Shown in pieces: positions 12,512-25,696 of a DNA stretch of 64,000 nt. Source of the DNA: Mytilus edulis (taxonomy: Eukaryota); NCBI RefSeq assembly GCF_963676685.1, contig NC_092356.1, positions 34,782,001 through 34,846,000 on the forward strand, given 5' to 3'. Position 1 is the first letter of the stretch, and each line of letters opens with the position of its first letter. Position numbers and translations under genes: made by a program. The notes beneath the pieces are model-generated. The model did no database searches and was not told the origin of the DNA. It worked only from the letters and a program-made list of their open reading frames with translations.

Positions 12512-14800
12512 AAGTTGCAAAATTGTTGGCTTGGTCACTTAACTAATAGCAGTGGTCATCTATAACACAGATTTACATTATAGTCAACCTACTCGTGATG
12601 GCTTTCGTTAACCTTTCGAATGAATGAATTCAACTTTCCCGCTTTGTAACCTTCATTAGATTTGCAAGCACCAATCCTCTCTTATGAAATCATGACAGGA
12701 CATGCAAGCCACCGAATGTCGTACACATATAGACCTACTTCATATGTAAAGCGTACAAAATGTTGGTATATTGCGAGAAAACATTCACTATTTGAAAGGC
12801 TGTAAGACAAAATATAAAGCTTGACTGTAATTGGTTTTTAATATTAACATGTATGTCATGAATGAATAAATGCAACATATATAGTCAATATAAACTTTTA
12901 TGAAGAAACAAAAATTGAAAGGAATATGCTAGCATCTTTTTAATTCATAAGACTTTTCTGCACAAATTCAGCCTAACATGAATAAGAGAAGAAGTCGTTA
13001 ACAAGAGGATTGCATTTTGTTTCCATAAGAATGGCGTTTGTTAATAAAACACGTCATTAAATCACTTCCTCTAAATAGGAAAATATAAATATGCATATTT
13101 TGATTTGACTTCCTGTACATTTCTAAATGCATTTTATAGACGACTACACTGTATTTTATTTAATCGATGAAGGCCGTGTGGTTGACAATAATGCCAACAT
13201 CCACTTCATCTGAACTTTGGAAGATAGTTGTCTCATTCCCAATCATACCACATCTTCTCATTTTTTCTATAACCAACAGCTTTTAATCCTAGTTCCAACT
13301 GCCGGGAAACAAGTGGGAAAGTTGACCATAAAACAGTTCACAACTGAAATTTGTTTTCCCTCAAATAATTTGTTATAACTATTCTCTAATTTAAACAGAA
13401 AATACATATTTTTAGAAATCTGATCGGACTGATTGAAGTAGCCATGGCGTTGTCAGTTTGTTTTAGTTTTATTTGTTTGACTGTCCTTTGGTATCTTTCG
13501 TCCCTCTTTTAATTTACTAAGATTGTATGAATTTATTTTCCATATCGGTAAAAATCAGGACATTGTTCAGAACATTTTCTAAATAGAAAAGATTTAATTG
13601 GTTTTGTTCTCTATTAAAAGGAGATTAATATTTGTATTATATTATGTTGGAAACAATGACTACAAGTTTGAAATTGATCTCAAAAGGTTTACACCAAATA
13701 TGTCATGAATAAATAATAGATGACATCATAATCCGTACAACAAACACAGCAATATTAAACGAGTAAGATTTAAAACAGTTAAAAGGTAACACGTTCTAAA
13801 TGACGTTAACAAATATAACAATAACACGAAACAATAACAAATGTGTTCCCCACCATAGCATAAACTTTGTGTTTGCTTTACAATAAAAATAAGACAATAT
13901 GCGATGCATATTAAGAGTATAGAAGGTCGACAACAATAGCTCGTTTCCGTTTAAAATTTTTATATATCAATTGCCTTGCGTTAAAAGCATTCTTAAGTTA
14001 AAATTTTACTGAGAGCATTTAATGTTTCAACAATATTTACTTGATTACACAAAGATTTCTGCCGACTCTCTTTCGTTCAAACCAATTCTGCTTGAAATAA
14101 ATAGTAATTAAATGTTATTTCGACCGACTATTCAATTGCATATAATGTGGAGTACTTTGATCTCCATACAAACTATAATATCGACTAAAGTCAACTTTTC
14201 CTAACGAGTTTCAACCTTAGTGTTAGCACAATTATGATGTATATCTTCAATTCTAACTTGAATTCACTATCTAAAAGCATCGACATCAATCATTTCAGAC
14301 ACGAATTTTGTATTTCTTTGGTGAACAAGTATTACGCCGATTTAATTGTTTTTTTATTTATTTTCAGAGGAATTGATTTACCTCAACAAACTACCAGTTT
14401 AAAATGATTTTACTCATCAACAAAACATTACACATCAATGTAAACAAACAGCATATTATATGTAATTATTATAACTCAGTAATCATTTTCTATATAAAAT
14501 AAGTGCACAATATTTTGACTATTTTTTTCAAACTGTAAGCGTTGAACTATTGGACCGGTATGAGATTGGATGATTTTAGAAATACCGCGGGAGTAACGAC
14601 GTCGTGTGTTACATATTGTTTCAAGAGTTAAGGTCAGGAGACAAGAGGTAAATACGTAGCCTTAGCATTTGAACATATTTATGAAGAAAACATTATGGTT
14701 GGGTTTCTGCTTTTCATATATTATAATAGTTGATTTCCATCGCAATTTATTGTCTGTTGTCTTTTTCGATATAATAAAACACTTTCCGACTGGATATTCG

Positions 14801-14897
14801 TGGAATAGTAAGTTTATTGTCCCTCGGATACAACTATTGCCCTAATCTACGCATTAAGGCAATAGTTGCTCCTCGCGACAATAAACTTACTACTCCA
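14801..14897. repeat. ~97-bp imperfect palindrome (long hairpin)
   Basis: TGGAATAGTAAGTTTATTGTC...CAACTATTGCC-loop-GGCAATAGTTG...GACAATAAACTTACTACTCCA. Confidence 0.8.
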
Positions 14898-15134
14898 CCC
14901 ATACCAAGTCAATAAATATACAATATGACATCAGTATACGGATTACAGTTATATCTCATATGTTTAAGCATAATGCCTGTAATATGATTGAAAGTACAAA
15001 TTGAGTCAACGGTAGTTAATCACGCACATTAATATTCGGAATTCTGAGCCAACAAAAGTTTACCAAATTAAAAGTTCATAAATCCATGCATCAAAATAAT
15101 GCAAAAAAAAAGTAGAAATACAAATATATAATAC

Positions 15135-15450
15135 AATTAACGGTAACAATTTTCTTGCACCAGATGCGCATTTCGACAATACATGTCTCTTCAGTGATGC
15201 TCGTGGCCAGAATATTTGAAATCCAAAGCTTATATAAAATACGAAGAGCTATAATCCTAAAGGTCCAAAAAGTATTGCCAAATCCGTGAAAGAAATCAGA
15301 GCTTTGCATGAGGGAGATACATTCCTTAATTTATAATAATTTCTATCATTTTGTAACGTAAATATTAATAACACAAAAAATCCGTATTTTCATGCCAGTA
15401 CCGAAGTACTGGCTAATGGGCTGGTGATACCCTCGGGGACTAATAGTCCA
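15135..15450 (-). mobile_element. Retrozyme-like repeat monomer carrying a hammerhead
   Basis: Same layout as 3720-3965, 11214-11365 and 38710-38870 but a different subfamily. No meaningful ORF. Confidence 0.65.
15157..15200 (-). ncRNA. Minimal type I hammerhead ribozyme (AUC cleavage triplet)
   Basis: Minus strand: GCAUCA-CUGAAGA-GACA(UGUAU)UGUC-GAAA-U(GCGC)A-UC-UGGUGC. Core intact; stem III is the palindrome AUGCGCAU. Confidence 0.85.
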
Positions 15451-17058
15451 CGTAGTTATAAAAAAACCCAGCAACATTTCAGTTAAGAGTATCATCAGTT
15501 AAAAATCCTTTGCAGATTAATGAACATTTGTATAACTTAGAAAAATAAGATATGACATTTGATATATTAAACAGTGATTATTTTTATTATGAAAGTACAA
15601 CATGTACAAGAAGGTCACAGAAACAGATAAGACAGAACAGTATTTTTTTAAACCGCAAATTTGAAACTTGAATAAAAAACTTGCAAATTAATTTGTTTTT
15701 ATTGTAAAGCTAGACAGATTTGGGGCTTGATTGGGGTTAAAAAATACACACTATTAAATGAAATATATCATAAGCGTAATATAAACTTATTAAGACAGAT
15801 CATACTGAATCAGATACAGATACAGGGTGTCAAAACACTTGTAATATCATCTCAAAATACTTCATATATTAATTTCACAATAGCAGATTTAAAATTACGG
15901 TATAAAAAGTATTTTAAGTTTCTGCAAGATACTTTCCGATATTTTCCAACTGATACATACTTGACTAATGTACATTTAATGTGTTCTTTCTAGTATTAAA
16001 TGTAAAATGATCTTGTGTAATAACAACATTTAAACATTGATCAATTAAGCCGGATAACTCAGTAATAATAAATATATTTTAATTTTTGGCATATTATCTG
16101 TGGTCTGATTTATTGTAACACAGCTAATACTATTATGTATATCATTAGTTACGTAGAGAGTGACAAAATTCGAAATACATAGGACCAATAAATTAAACAT
16201 TTGGTGAGAGCAAATTTAAGGTCACTTGCACACCGTGTGACGAATCTATTCTACCCACTATCTTAACATGTGGCAATAAGGCTTCTAAGACTACGTTTAT
16301 TGGTTTAGACAGACCAAATGCCAACAATTAAAATTTTTTGGCTTGTAATTCGGGAGAGACAGGTTCACCTAAGACCCTCTTTTCAATATTGTACGCCTGA
16401 AATATAACAATTGTTGTGACCAATTTTTCCAATGATATTTCTAATAGAAAACTGAAAGGATATTACAATGTGTAATTCCTTCAACAATGACAAAAACCCA
16501 TACCGTACAGTTAACATCATTTCTGTGTTTATCATGTCTTTACGGCATCATAGAAGCGAGCTGGACAACAAGGATTGTTTTCTTTTTACTTTTACTTATT
16601 GCATAACTATTGCACACACTTGTGACTTTATGTTTTAGTGTTGTTTGGGTAGAATCTGTACATCATACACATTTCATGTAGCCGAGTTAAAAATGTTGTT
16701 TATATGATGTCTACTTTTCTTGATAATTACCTCTTTAGACGTTTGTCCTCGGTTGACATTTTTAAATATTCCATTGATCGAAAGTGGTTTCATGTAATAA
16801 AATTTGATATAGTAAGCATAATATTTTATCCTAGTTTCTTTAAATCGTCTATATATATAACTGTTAATACTTTTATTTAGATAAATCGTAAGCAGATTTG
16901 ATTGGATTAATATTAAACACTTACTACAAAAATGTAGGTCGTTATCGAGACACCATATTTAAATGCATGAAAATCATTGAAGGCTGCATTATTTAAGCTG
17001 TTTTCTAACGTTTATTCGTATATTTGTGAACATAACTTGTGTTGGTTGCTTAATTATT

Positions 17059-18252
17059 ATGGATAATTGTAACATTATCATAATATTTCTATTTATTTTT
17101 TTGCTGAACCATGTTCATGGTCAGACATCGTCACATATGAGACAATTATATACTGATATTTTTACAAGTTACCAACCATCCATTCTTCCAAATTCTGATT
17201 TTTCAGCACCATTACAAATAACACTGTCACCCTATTTGATGACCATTACTCAATTTCAGGAAGTAGAAGAAACTCTGGACGTGGCTTTAGGACTTATATG
17301 CACCTGGGTTGACGATGGATTCTCTTGGACTCCGTCATCATACGGTAATGCGGAATATATTATAGTGCCTCACACAGATGTGTGGACTCCGAAGTTTGTT
17401 CTTGTAAATTCTGTTGAAACATATGAACCTTTAGCAGGAGATAACGATATCTTCGCTACAATTTATTCTAATGGAACTATGTCAATAGTTTATGGCGATG
17501 TTTTGTCATCGAAATGTACAGCAAATATTTACAAGTTTCCATTTGATTCTCAAACATGTGATCTGCAATTTGCCGTCTGGGGAATTACATCAAATGATAT
17601 AACGATAATAGCAAACCCTATTAGCCTAGCGTTCTACACTGAAAATTCAAATTGGGAACTAGATTCCTATAGTACGAAATCTACAGTTATGAACGGATAC
17701 TCTATGCTTATACTTACAATGACGATAAAGCGTGTACCGTTGTACTACGTAATAATGGTAGCTTTGCCAACAGATATGTTCTTTGTATTGAATCCGCTCG
17801 TATTTCTTCTTCCGGTAGAGTCTGGTGAACGCTTAGGACTTGCGATGACAATATTATTATCGTATGCTATATTCCTGACAATGGTCCAAATGTCCATACC
17901 AGCCTCTTCAAATCCAATGAGTGTTTTACTGATTATAATGATAGTGACTATTGTAATAAGCGGTAGCACAGCTGCCGTAACTATTTACATAGCGGCACTT
18001 TATCATAGAGAACCACACGTTAAAATGAACTCTTTTTGGAAGTTCATCGGAACAAGGTTACCATGGAGTAGAAGGCATACACCTGTACGGCCGTTGACTA
18101 AAAATGGTGCAAAGGGGGATATTATATCTTCGTCTATAGAGGAAAGCATAACCTGGCAGGAAGTTTGTCATGCTCTAGATACACTAATGATGGTAATACT
18201 ATATGCCAACATTTTCATTATCAATTGTGCATTTTTGATAGCTGTAGCCTAG
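17059..18252 (+). CDS. Cys-loop ligand-gated ion channel subunit, atypical non-alpha nAChR-like, single-exon CDS (copy 1)
   Basis: Signal peptide ending VHG|Q, VWTP, Cys-loop CTANIYKFPFDSQTC, four TM helices, M2 GERLGLAMTILLS. The ATG at 17059 is preferred over the track's GTG at 17026. Confidence 0.95.
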   Translation: MDNCNIIIIFLFIFLLNHVHGQTSSHMRQLYTDIFTSYQPSILPNSDFSAPLQITLSPYLMTITQFQEVEETLDVALGLICTWVDDGFSWTPSSYGNAEYIIVPHTDVWTPKFVLVNSVETYEPLAGDNDIFATIYSNGTMSIVYGDVLSSKCTANIYKFPFDSQTCDLQFAVWGITSNDITIIANPISLAFYTENSNWELDSYSTKSTVMNGYSMLILTMTIKRVPLYYVIMVALPTDMFFVLNPLVFLLPVESGERLGLAMTILLSYAIFLTMVQMSIPASSNPMSVLLIIMIVTIVISGSTAAVTIYIAALYHREPHVKMNSFWKFIGTRLPWSRRHTPVRPLTKNGAKGDIISSSIEESITWQEVCHALDTLMMVILYANIFIINCAFLIAVA

Positions 18253-19049
18253 TGATATGAAACAGATTGATAAATAAATACTTTGATGTGTGTTATCTAC
18301 ATTGATTACATGTACATTAATTAATATATGAAATCTACACAGCTACGTGTAGCTATGTTATCAGTTATGTTGTAACTATGTTTTTATCTTTACACAAAAT
18401 TTTATTTTTCATTTTGGTATTTCGGTGTTAATCTGAACAGTTGAATGTCGTGTTTTCCATTGTAAGTGGTAATTCTTGATAGATATGTAGTATATCCTGC
18501 TGAATTATAAAGCGTTTCGTTCTAAATGAAAGCACAATATCATTGAATGATGCAGTCAAATTATGTCAGATTTATCATTATATTAAAAACGGTTTCTCTT
18601 TTAAAAACTTGCTAAGATTATTTTAGTTGTTCTATCATGTGTAATATAATAAAAAAAAAGAGCTCAAATTAAAAGAAGAACCAGAGATGAATGCAATCTT
18701 TACAGTCAAATCTCCCATTCTTATTTTAATATACTGCGGTAAAGTTCTCAATTGTTAAAACGTTCGTCGAATATAAACACTTTATTTCTTCTATTTCAAT
18801 AAACCCAACGCTTAAAATGAATTAAATCGATATCAACATATGAATGGAATTTCAGGCCGTCAGCGGCTTATATCATTTACGTGTTAAATCCTTTATAAAT
18901 TGCATATGTACTTATGATTGTTATGTATCAAATTAAGTAGTTATAATGGAGAAAATATATCTAACCTAAGATGACCTTCGATCTTTCTTTTAGAACCATT
19001 TGAAACTTTGGGTTTTTAATTATTTTAAAATTCTTATTTAATTTGACTT

Positions 19050-19120
19050 TTTTAATTGTTTGAATCGAGCATCATTACTAAGTTTTATAAGACGAAACAC
19101 GCATCTTGAGTTCAAAATCT
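19050..19120 (+). repeat. Decayed copy of the hammerhead-bearing repeat
   Basis: gagcatcattactaagttttataagacgaaacacgcatct aligns with the family motif; CUGAUGA is destroyed. Confidence 0.5.
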
Positions 19121-21964
19121 AAGATAAGGTAATAACATTCAAAACATAGCTACGAACATAATGGTTTGAAACCCTGTGCTCTAAGTAAAACTGTTACAAT
19201 AAAACGTATATTACAGATATATGTGTGCATCAAACGTATTTCTACGATAACCTTCATGAAATACAACTCATCAACATAAAGATAAGGAGATGTAGTATGA
19301 TTACCAATGAAACAACAATCCACTAGTCTAGACTTACATCATAGATGTCATCAGCAATCATTGGTAAACATTCGGCTTTCAACAATTAGCAAAACCAATA
19401 TAATATATTAAGATCAGACACGAACATTTCAAACTGGAAAATCAAAACGCCCGACTAATGTTCACAACAATAGGAAAAAGACAGCTATTCACGTCAACTA
19501 CTTAATTACAGACTTAACACAAGTTGTGGTTGTCTGTAATATGCTTGCGCTCTTACCTTATAAATCTGTTACTAAGATTTTTAAGACAGAATATTCAAAA
19601 TGATCAGAGGCTAAAACGTTATTAGGTCAATTTAGTTAGAGGGGGAAACAGTCATAGTTTAAGTATCACTACATACTGTATTGTTTATGATTGTTTATAA
19701 AACAGCTCAATTTCTGTATATAATAAAAAGTACACTTGCAAAAAGTCACTATCTTTACATGTTAATTTATAAAATACCAAAATTACACATACATTGCTTA
19801 CAGTATCTTACAATAACTTTTGTAAGATTGCAAAAAAAAAAGGTCAAATGTGAACTGGTTATATTTCGTTTTCGTATCTTTGATGAGTTTTACAATTTAA
19901 GCGTATACTTTACGCCATAATTAATCGAAGACGTTTACGTAAAATTTAATATGCAGTACGACAGACCAACCAGCAATGCACCCTGAAGTATTATACACGA
20001 TAAACCTAAATTATTAGAAATAGGAAGATGTGGTATGAGTGCCAATGAGACAACTCTCCATCCAGGTAACACTTTATAAAAGTAAACCATTATAGGTCAA
20101 GGACAGCTGACACAGAACAGCAAGCTAAAAAGGGCCCCAAAAATTACTAGTGTAAAAACATTCAAACGGGAAAACCAATGGTCTAATATATATAGAAACG
20201 AGAAACACTTATGAACCACATAATCAGACGACAACCATCGAACATCAGATTCCTGTCATGTCTTAGGACAGGTGCAAACAATTGCAGCGGGATTAAACGT
20301 TTAAGACTGACCCGCATTTCAGTATCTGGTATCTAAAGTATACGATCATATAACGAAACGATACACGATATATAGAATAATAGCATTTTCGCTTTTGAAT
20401 ATGACTGTATCAGCAAGATTAGCAAGCGCGCTGATGAAGATAGTATCAAGAATAAAAATGTTATTCTTCTTTATTTTTTGTTGAGAATATGAAGTAAAAT
20501 GAAACACTAGGTAAAATCACTTTTACGCGTGCAAAACGTTGGAATAATTATTCGGGTGAATGATTGAAGTGACTTGGATTTTGTTGAGATCGACTTAAGC
20601 ACGTTACGTAGCTGAAATGCTACATGTCATGTTTGCCATTTATTTTCGAGTATCAAGTCCTGGCAATGATCCTAAATATATTATGCAGTATGATCAAAGG
20701 GATAACGTACAAGTTGCCGATATGAGATATATAAATACGGTATTATAATGACACAAACACTATTGATGTTTGCAGCAATTTAAACCATACCTAAGAATAC
20801 TTGCTGTAATGTTTAGTAAAGATATTGCAATAATTGGTCTGCAAAACTAGATAAATATTTTATGATCCAAGACTGCGATATGTCGGCGTACATTAAGTGC
20901 ATTCTCGTTGCTTTCAATCATTTTATAACTTGTAAGCATTATCGATAAAAATGCCATTCGAACAAGTCGGTATCTATCCTTGTTTGTCATAAAAAAAATG
21001 CAGTTTATTTTCTTTATTCGTATAATTAATCCCATATTTCAACTATGTAAATCTGTCATCATTACTAGCTTCGGCAACTTCAGCTCTTTTGCTCTTACAA
21101 CTGGCCATGACTGCTTAAACGTATCTGATAATTACAACATAGCAGACAATTTTACCATATGTTTTTGAAAATTATGATAAATTGCTGAAAGAATCCCGCT
21201 AAAATTTTTAGAAACCACCATTATGCATTGACAATAATATATTGGTGTATAAACTTTGATACACCAAAATGAGGCTAGCACAATCAATGCCCATCTAGTA
21301 AATATATTTTAATGTCAAAAATTATAAGTAACAAAACTATAAGTAAAATTATAAGTAACACACATTATAAGTAAACATAACTATTTTAAAGAGATAGTCA
21401 AACTCGTCATTCGTAAACAAACTAACAATGCAATGGCAAAAGCGAAAAATGACAAAACTGTCTACAAGACACAACATATACAAGCCAAGTCTGAGCAACA
21501 CGACTATATCTTGTCGCTCTTTTTATTATTTTCACATTTTAGTCAAAGAAATGGCATGAACAGTTGTATATGTCCGCGATAGAATTAAGTTTTATTCAGT
21601 GTTAAGAATGATGATTGTTTTTGAAAAAGAAAATTACCTACAGAATAATTAAGATGAGATTTTAAACTGTTAAATCATATCAACTTTTTGTTTATCTCAG
21701 GTAAAAATGTGTAGAAAACATGCTACCATTAGACATTCTGTAGTGTGCAGGAGGTAACTATCGATAGCCATTACATGTGCAAACTATACGGTTTTAGGAA
21801 AGAAAATACTCTCACAAGTGAACAGACGAAAATATCAGCACATTTAAGAAAAAAAATATTCGTTTTTACAACAATTGTCCTGACCATTTTAAATATGTTT
21901 TAGCAAGTTATCTTGTAATTATGAAACACAATTGTAATTGATTAAATGCCTTTGGTAAATTTTG

Positions 21965-22749
21965 GTGTTGTGCCTTTGTCGTTTTTATAATCGCACTTTG
22001 AAGTTATTCTCAAGGTTAGTTAAGTTGATCGGGCAACCTTGGATTATATACTAATAACTTAATCACTCCAATCACGACACCAATAACTGCAAGTTATTAA
22101 CCTCTTATAAAAAGTGACAACAAAGTTTAATCCGCTGGTCATAAATCAGAATATACACATGTACCCTGATATTTGACCTCAGAATGTCAGTAATTGGGCT
22201 AGTTCAGAAAATTACATAAAATATCATTTTGCATGTATAATGACCAATTTAACTATTAGGGTCTAGGGATTTGATTTCAAAACCCCCAATCACGTTCCTG
22301 CGATTACTATTGACGTTCTACATCAAAATTCTTGATTAGTTTGGAATTTTTCCATTCACATTTGACAACCAAGGAATCGCTAGATTTATAATATTTTTAC
22401 TAATTCCACCTTATACATTAACATGTGAATTTCAACAAGCTTTTACGGAAAACTCATGTTAAATCATTAAATATGAGTTTCACGTGAATTTTTTTTTTGA
22501 ATCTGACATGAATTTCACGGGAAAACCATATGAATATTTGTTCAATTGAAATTCACTTGAATTTTGAAAATTAGCATATTCAAATAACATTTAAATTATC
22601 AAACTAAATCAAAATAATCAAAAATACCAATTTTTCCTTTGGTAAAGTTCAGGTGAAAAACAACAGCTCAAACACATCAACAAATAGAAAACGACCGTCA
22701 GATTCCGGACTGGCACATGCATTTCCTTATGTATATAATGATAGATTAA
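21965..22749 (+). repeat. Local direct duplication, copy 1 (partner at 27860-28790)
   Basis: Shared colinear blocks such as TTAACCTCTTATAAAAAGTGA, TCCGCTGGTCATAAATCAGAATATAC, CTGATATTTGACCTC and AGAATGTCAGTAATTGGG. Confidence 0.85.
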
Positions 22750-23989
22750 GGTAGCAATACACAGTTAGAAGTTAAGTTTCGCATTATGGCCGTGGTAAAT
22801 TTGTTAAATATGAAAGTTTTTGTACAATCATTTGTTTTGTTTAGATAATAAAAGAATAATATAGCCTTCTTAGTGGGTTTATATGACCATTTATATTGTA
22901 TTTAGCATGTTTTATGTGCAATTTTTCTGTTTGACAGTCCGTATTTCCCTATCCGTACCGCCAATAGGTTCATAAATGATTGTAGTGTTGATCAACAAAG
23001 ATTTGACGCTCGATTTTTTCAATTCAATTTTAAGGAAAAAACGAGCAGAAATGTATATGATTTTTCTGGACCTGTTGATAGATGTATGTCTATGGTTTCA
23101 GGAGAGATATCACTGTAATTGAATGAAATTTTGCTTTGGACCAAATTTTTAGAGACTTTTGTGACTTGTTCACCCTCCTTTTTTGCAATATTTTGTATCA
23201 AATAAAGGCAGATTGTTGCCATGGTTACACCAAAAAGAGATTATATTTCACCATTATAACTATTAGAAATCAAATCTATGGAATATTTTCTTTCTATAAA
23301 TATACACATAGTACGGCGGCTTTGTGAAAAATTGTGCACATCCTGCTACAAGCATAGGCCTGTCACAACTATTTTTCTTTTATTTCAGATAGGGAAGCAT
23401 TTGAAAAAAAATGTCTGACTTCCGGTAAAATCCAAAATGGCGGACCTCATACTTAAATTAGCCCAATATCGAAGGCTAGTATGTGAAAAGGTGTTATTAA
23501 CATGCTACTATCATAATATTTCGTACACACCTTTGTTATGTACTACTTTTAGATATATGATATAGATTAGATGTCTTCAAAAACCCTACTTCCGGTAAAA
23601 TCCAACATGGAAAAATTTAAACTGGTCATTAAACTTTTGGCTTTAAGTCATCCTCAAAACCACTAATTCTATTCAGCTTTATATGTTTAAATACAAAGTT
23701 AACACTTCCGGTAAAAAAAACCAATATGGCGTAAATTACAAAGATGAGTCCTCAATCCATATCTTCGATGTAGAGTTTTGGATAGATTGATTAAACCACA
23801 ATAGAATCACTAAAGTTCTTAAACATCTTTAGAATGACTAATTTATGGCTGCAAATACAAGTTTATTCACAATAATCGGAGAGCTTATTTTCCAAATTTA
23901 CAAAGATCGTGGTATTGTTTCAGACATTTATAATGTACAAGCTCCTGATAAGATGAAGAGGCCTTACAAAAAGTTTTTTTCCCTTCGCC

Positions 23990-24720
23990 ATTCATAAGCG
24001 ATGGACTAGTTAGCATAGGAACCAATACCAAGCTTGTTACTCATTCGCACCCACCATGGTATATTGCACGTTTTACTTGCTGAAAAAGACTAGACCGAGT
24101 CGTGGGAATAGCCTCAATAACTATTTCCTCTTCCAAAAACACATGCTTTCTTGCATCGTTAACCCCATCTGATAAGTTTGTTCGATCTTAAAACAAAACC
24201 ACGTGTCGTTCTATCAGTGACTTTGTCAAATCCATATCTGGTGATGTTGGTGGATCAATCATCATTCTAAATGATAGAGTCACATCTTTAAACACCATCC
24301 ATGTCACCAACGCAGTTCCTTTTCCAGCAAACGGAAATCTCTCAATGCCTAGTGTATTTGAAAGGTCATGGATAGATATATATCTGAAGCTTTTCCCACT
24401 TCCAAATGCAAGCCACAGTTCGTCTATGTCAATGAAAAGCGAAACAGCAATGACAGCAACATCAGTATCAACTGTTCGAGTCATGACTCAGTTAAGTTTG
24501 TGTTTCACTGCATAAGACACATGCATCTTGATTCAAGTGTCAGCCTCTTCATGTGAACATGGTGCTAAGCTTGAAACATCATCATGTTGTGGATAACACA
24601 GAACATCCTGAGTCATTGTTGCTACAACTACTTTTCCCCCAAAATCTATTGAGCAAGCTGTTGCGATTGAAAATCTAAAAGTTCTTTCTTATTGTCGTCA
24701 TCTCTCAGAAAACTTTGTCA
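23990..24720 (-). pseudogene. Academ XPG-like domain relic
   Basis: LAPCSHEEADT*IKMHV, RTVDTDVAVIAV, ELWLAFGSGKSFRYISIH, LIERHVVLF*DRTN..VNDARK. Confidence 0.75.
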
Positions 24721-24879
24721 ATTTTGAGGATTTTGATTTGACTCTGGATTTGTCTGTGTATTCCTTTTCCCCTAAATGTAGCTCTTGCTTCTTATAACAA
24801 ATGCTCAGGATATTCTATCTTTTCTACCTCGAGATGTATTTCAAGTTTATCACCATGTTCACAGTAAGAGACTGACAAT

Positions 24880-25270
24880 GAAACACGAACTTGCACGAGT
24901 CATGATTCGAATAGTCATTACTGATGATACTGTCATTACTGTTTCGCTATTCCGTTACAGGGGTAGACGAACTATGGATTGTGTTTTGGAGGGCAAAGAG
25001 CTTTGTATAACTACATATCAATGACCTTTCAAATGTACCTGGCAATGAGTGATTACACACACTTATTGTGATCCATGTCTTTACCGGTTGTGATATGGTT
25101 CTCTGATTGTTTGAAAAGGAAAAGAAAAAGACGTGGGAGACATTGATGACATTTGAAGATGTGACTTTAACATAAAGAATGATGATTGATCACGTTAAAT
25201 CAGCGAGGTTTAACTGTAAGATCACACAAACTTATCAGATGGGGTTAACATGGTTAACGAATCAAGGAAA
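24880..25270 (+). pseudogene. Second, inverted Academ XPG-like fragment
   Basis: VITVSLF..VDELWIVF, HINDLSN, IHVFTGCD, KKKTWETLMTFEDVTLT*RMMID, TNLSDGVN; homologous to the adjacent minus-strand copy. Confidence 0.7.
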
Positions 25271-25696
25271 TAACATGCATAACACAAATATTAAGCCTTC
25301 TTTGTTAGAAAGTAAGGGAAAGAGGGTGTTTTAAAAAATTATGAATGTCAATTTTAGTTTTTTCCTAACTGTGTATTGCTACCTAAACTTAATTCGATAG
25401 CTTGTAAGCATAGCTGTCTATGTAGTATTTTGGACTTTGATGTGGATTTTAATTTTTTAAGTTCTTTATTAATTGATTGACCGGGTTTATGTTTGATACG
25501 AAACATATGGATATTATGGTTGTTGTTAGGAGTAAAAACTAATGTTCATAAAATGTTGTATACCGTTTTAAAACGTATATAAAGGAATTAAAAAAAGGGT
25601 CTTAGGATTTTTTGTCAGTTTTTCTCGTTTAATCCATGTCAAGCAGTTACAACAGATTGAGTAGTGAATGATGTTATGGCACTTATTCCAATATTA

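Larger units (their letters stand above)
22750..25383. mobile_element. Kolobok-type non-autonomous DNA transposon containing Academ fragments
   Basis: Perfect 19-bp TIR GGTAGCAATACACAGTTAG, with TTAA on the left and (T)TAA on the right. The paralogous empty site gatagaTTAAacct lies near 28770. Confidence 0.8.

Noticed and set aside
17745-17969. Similar antisense ORFs in all three receptor genes (also 36729-36950 and 43937-44128)
   Set aside because: Expected shadow of conserved transmembrane codons on the sense strand.
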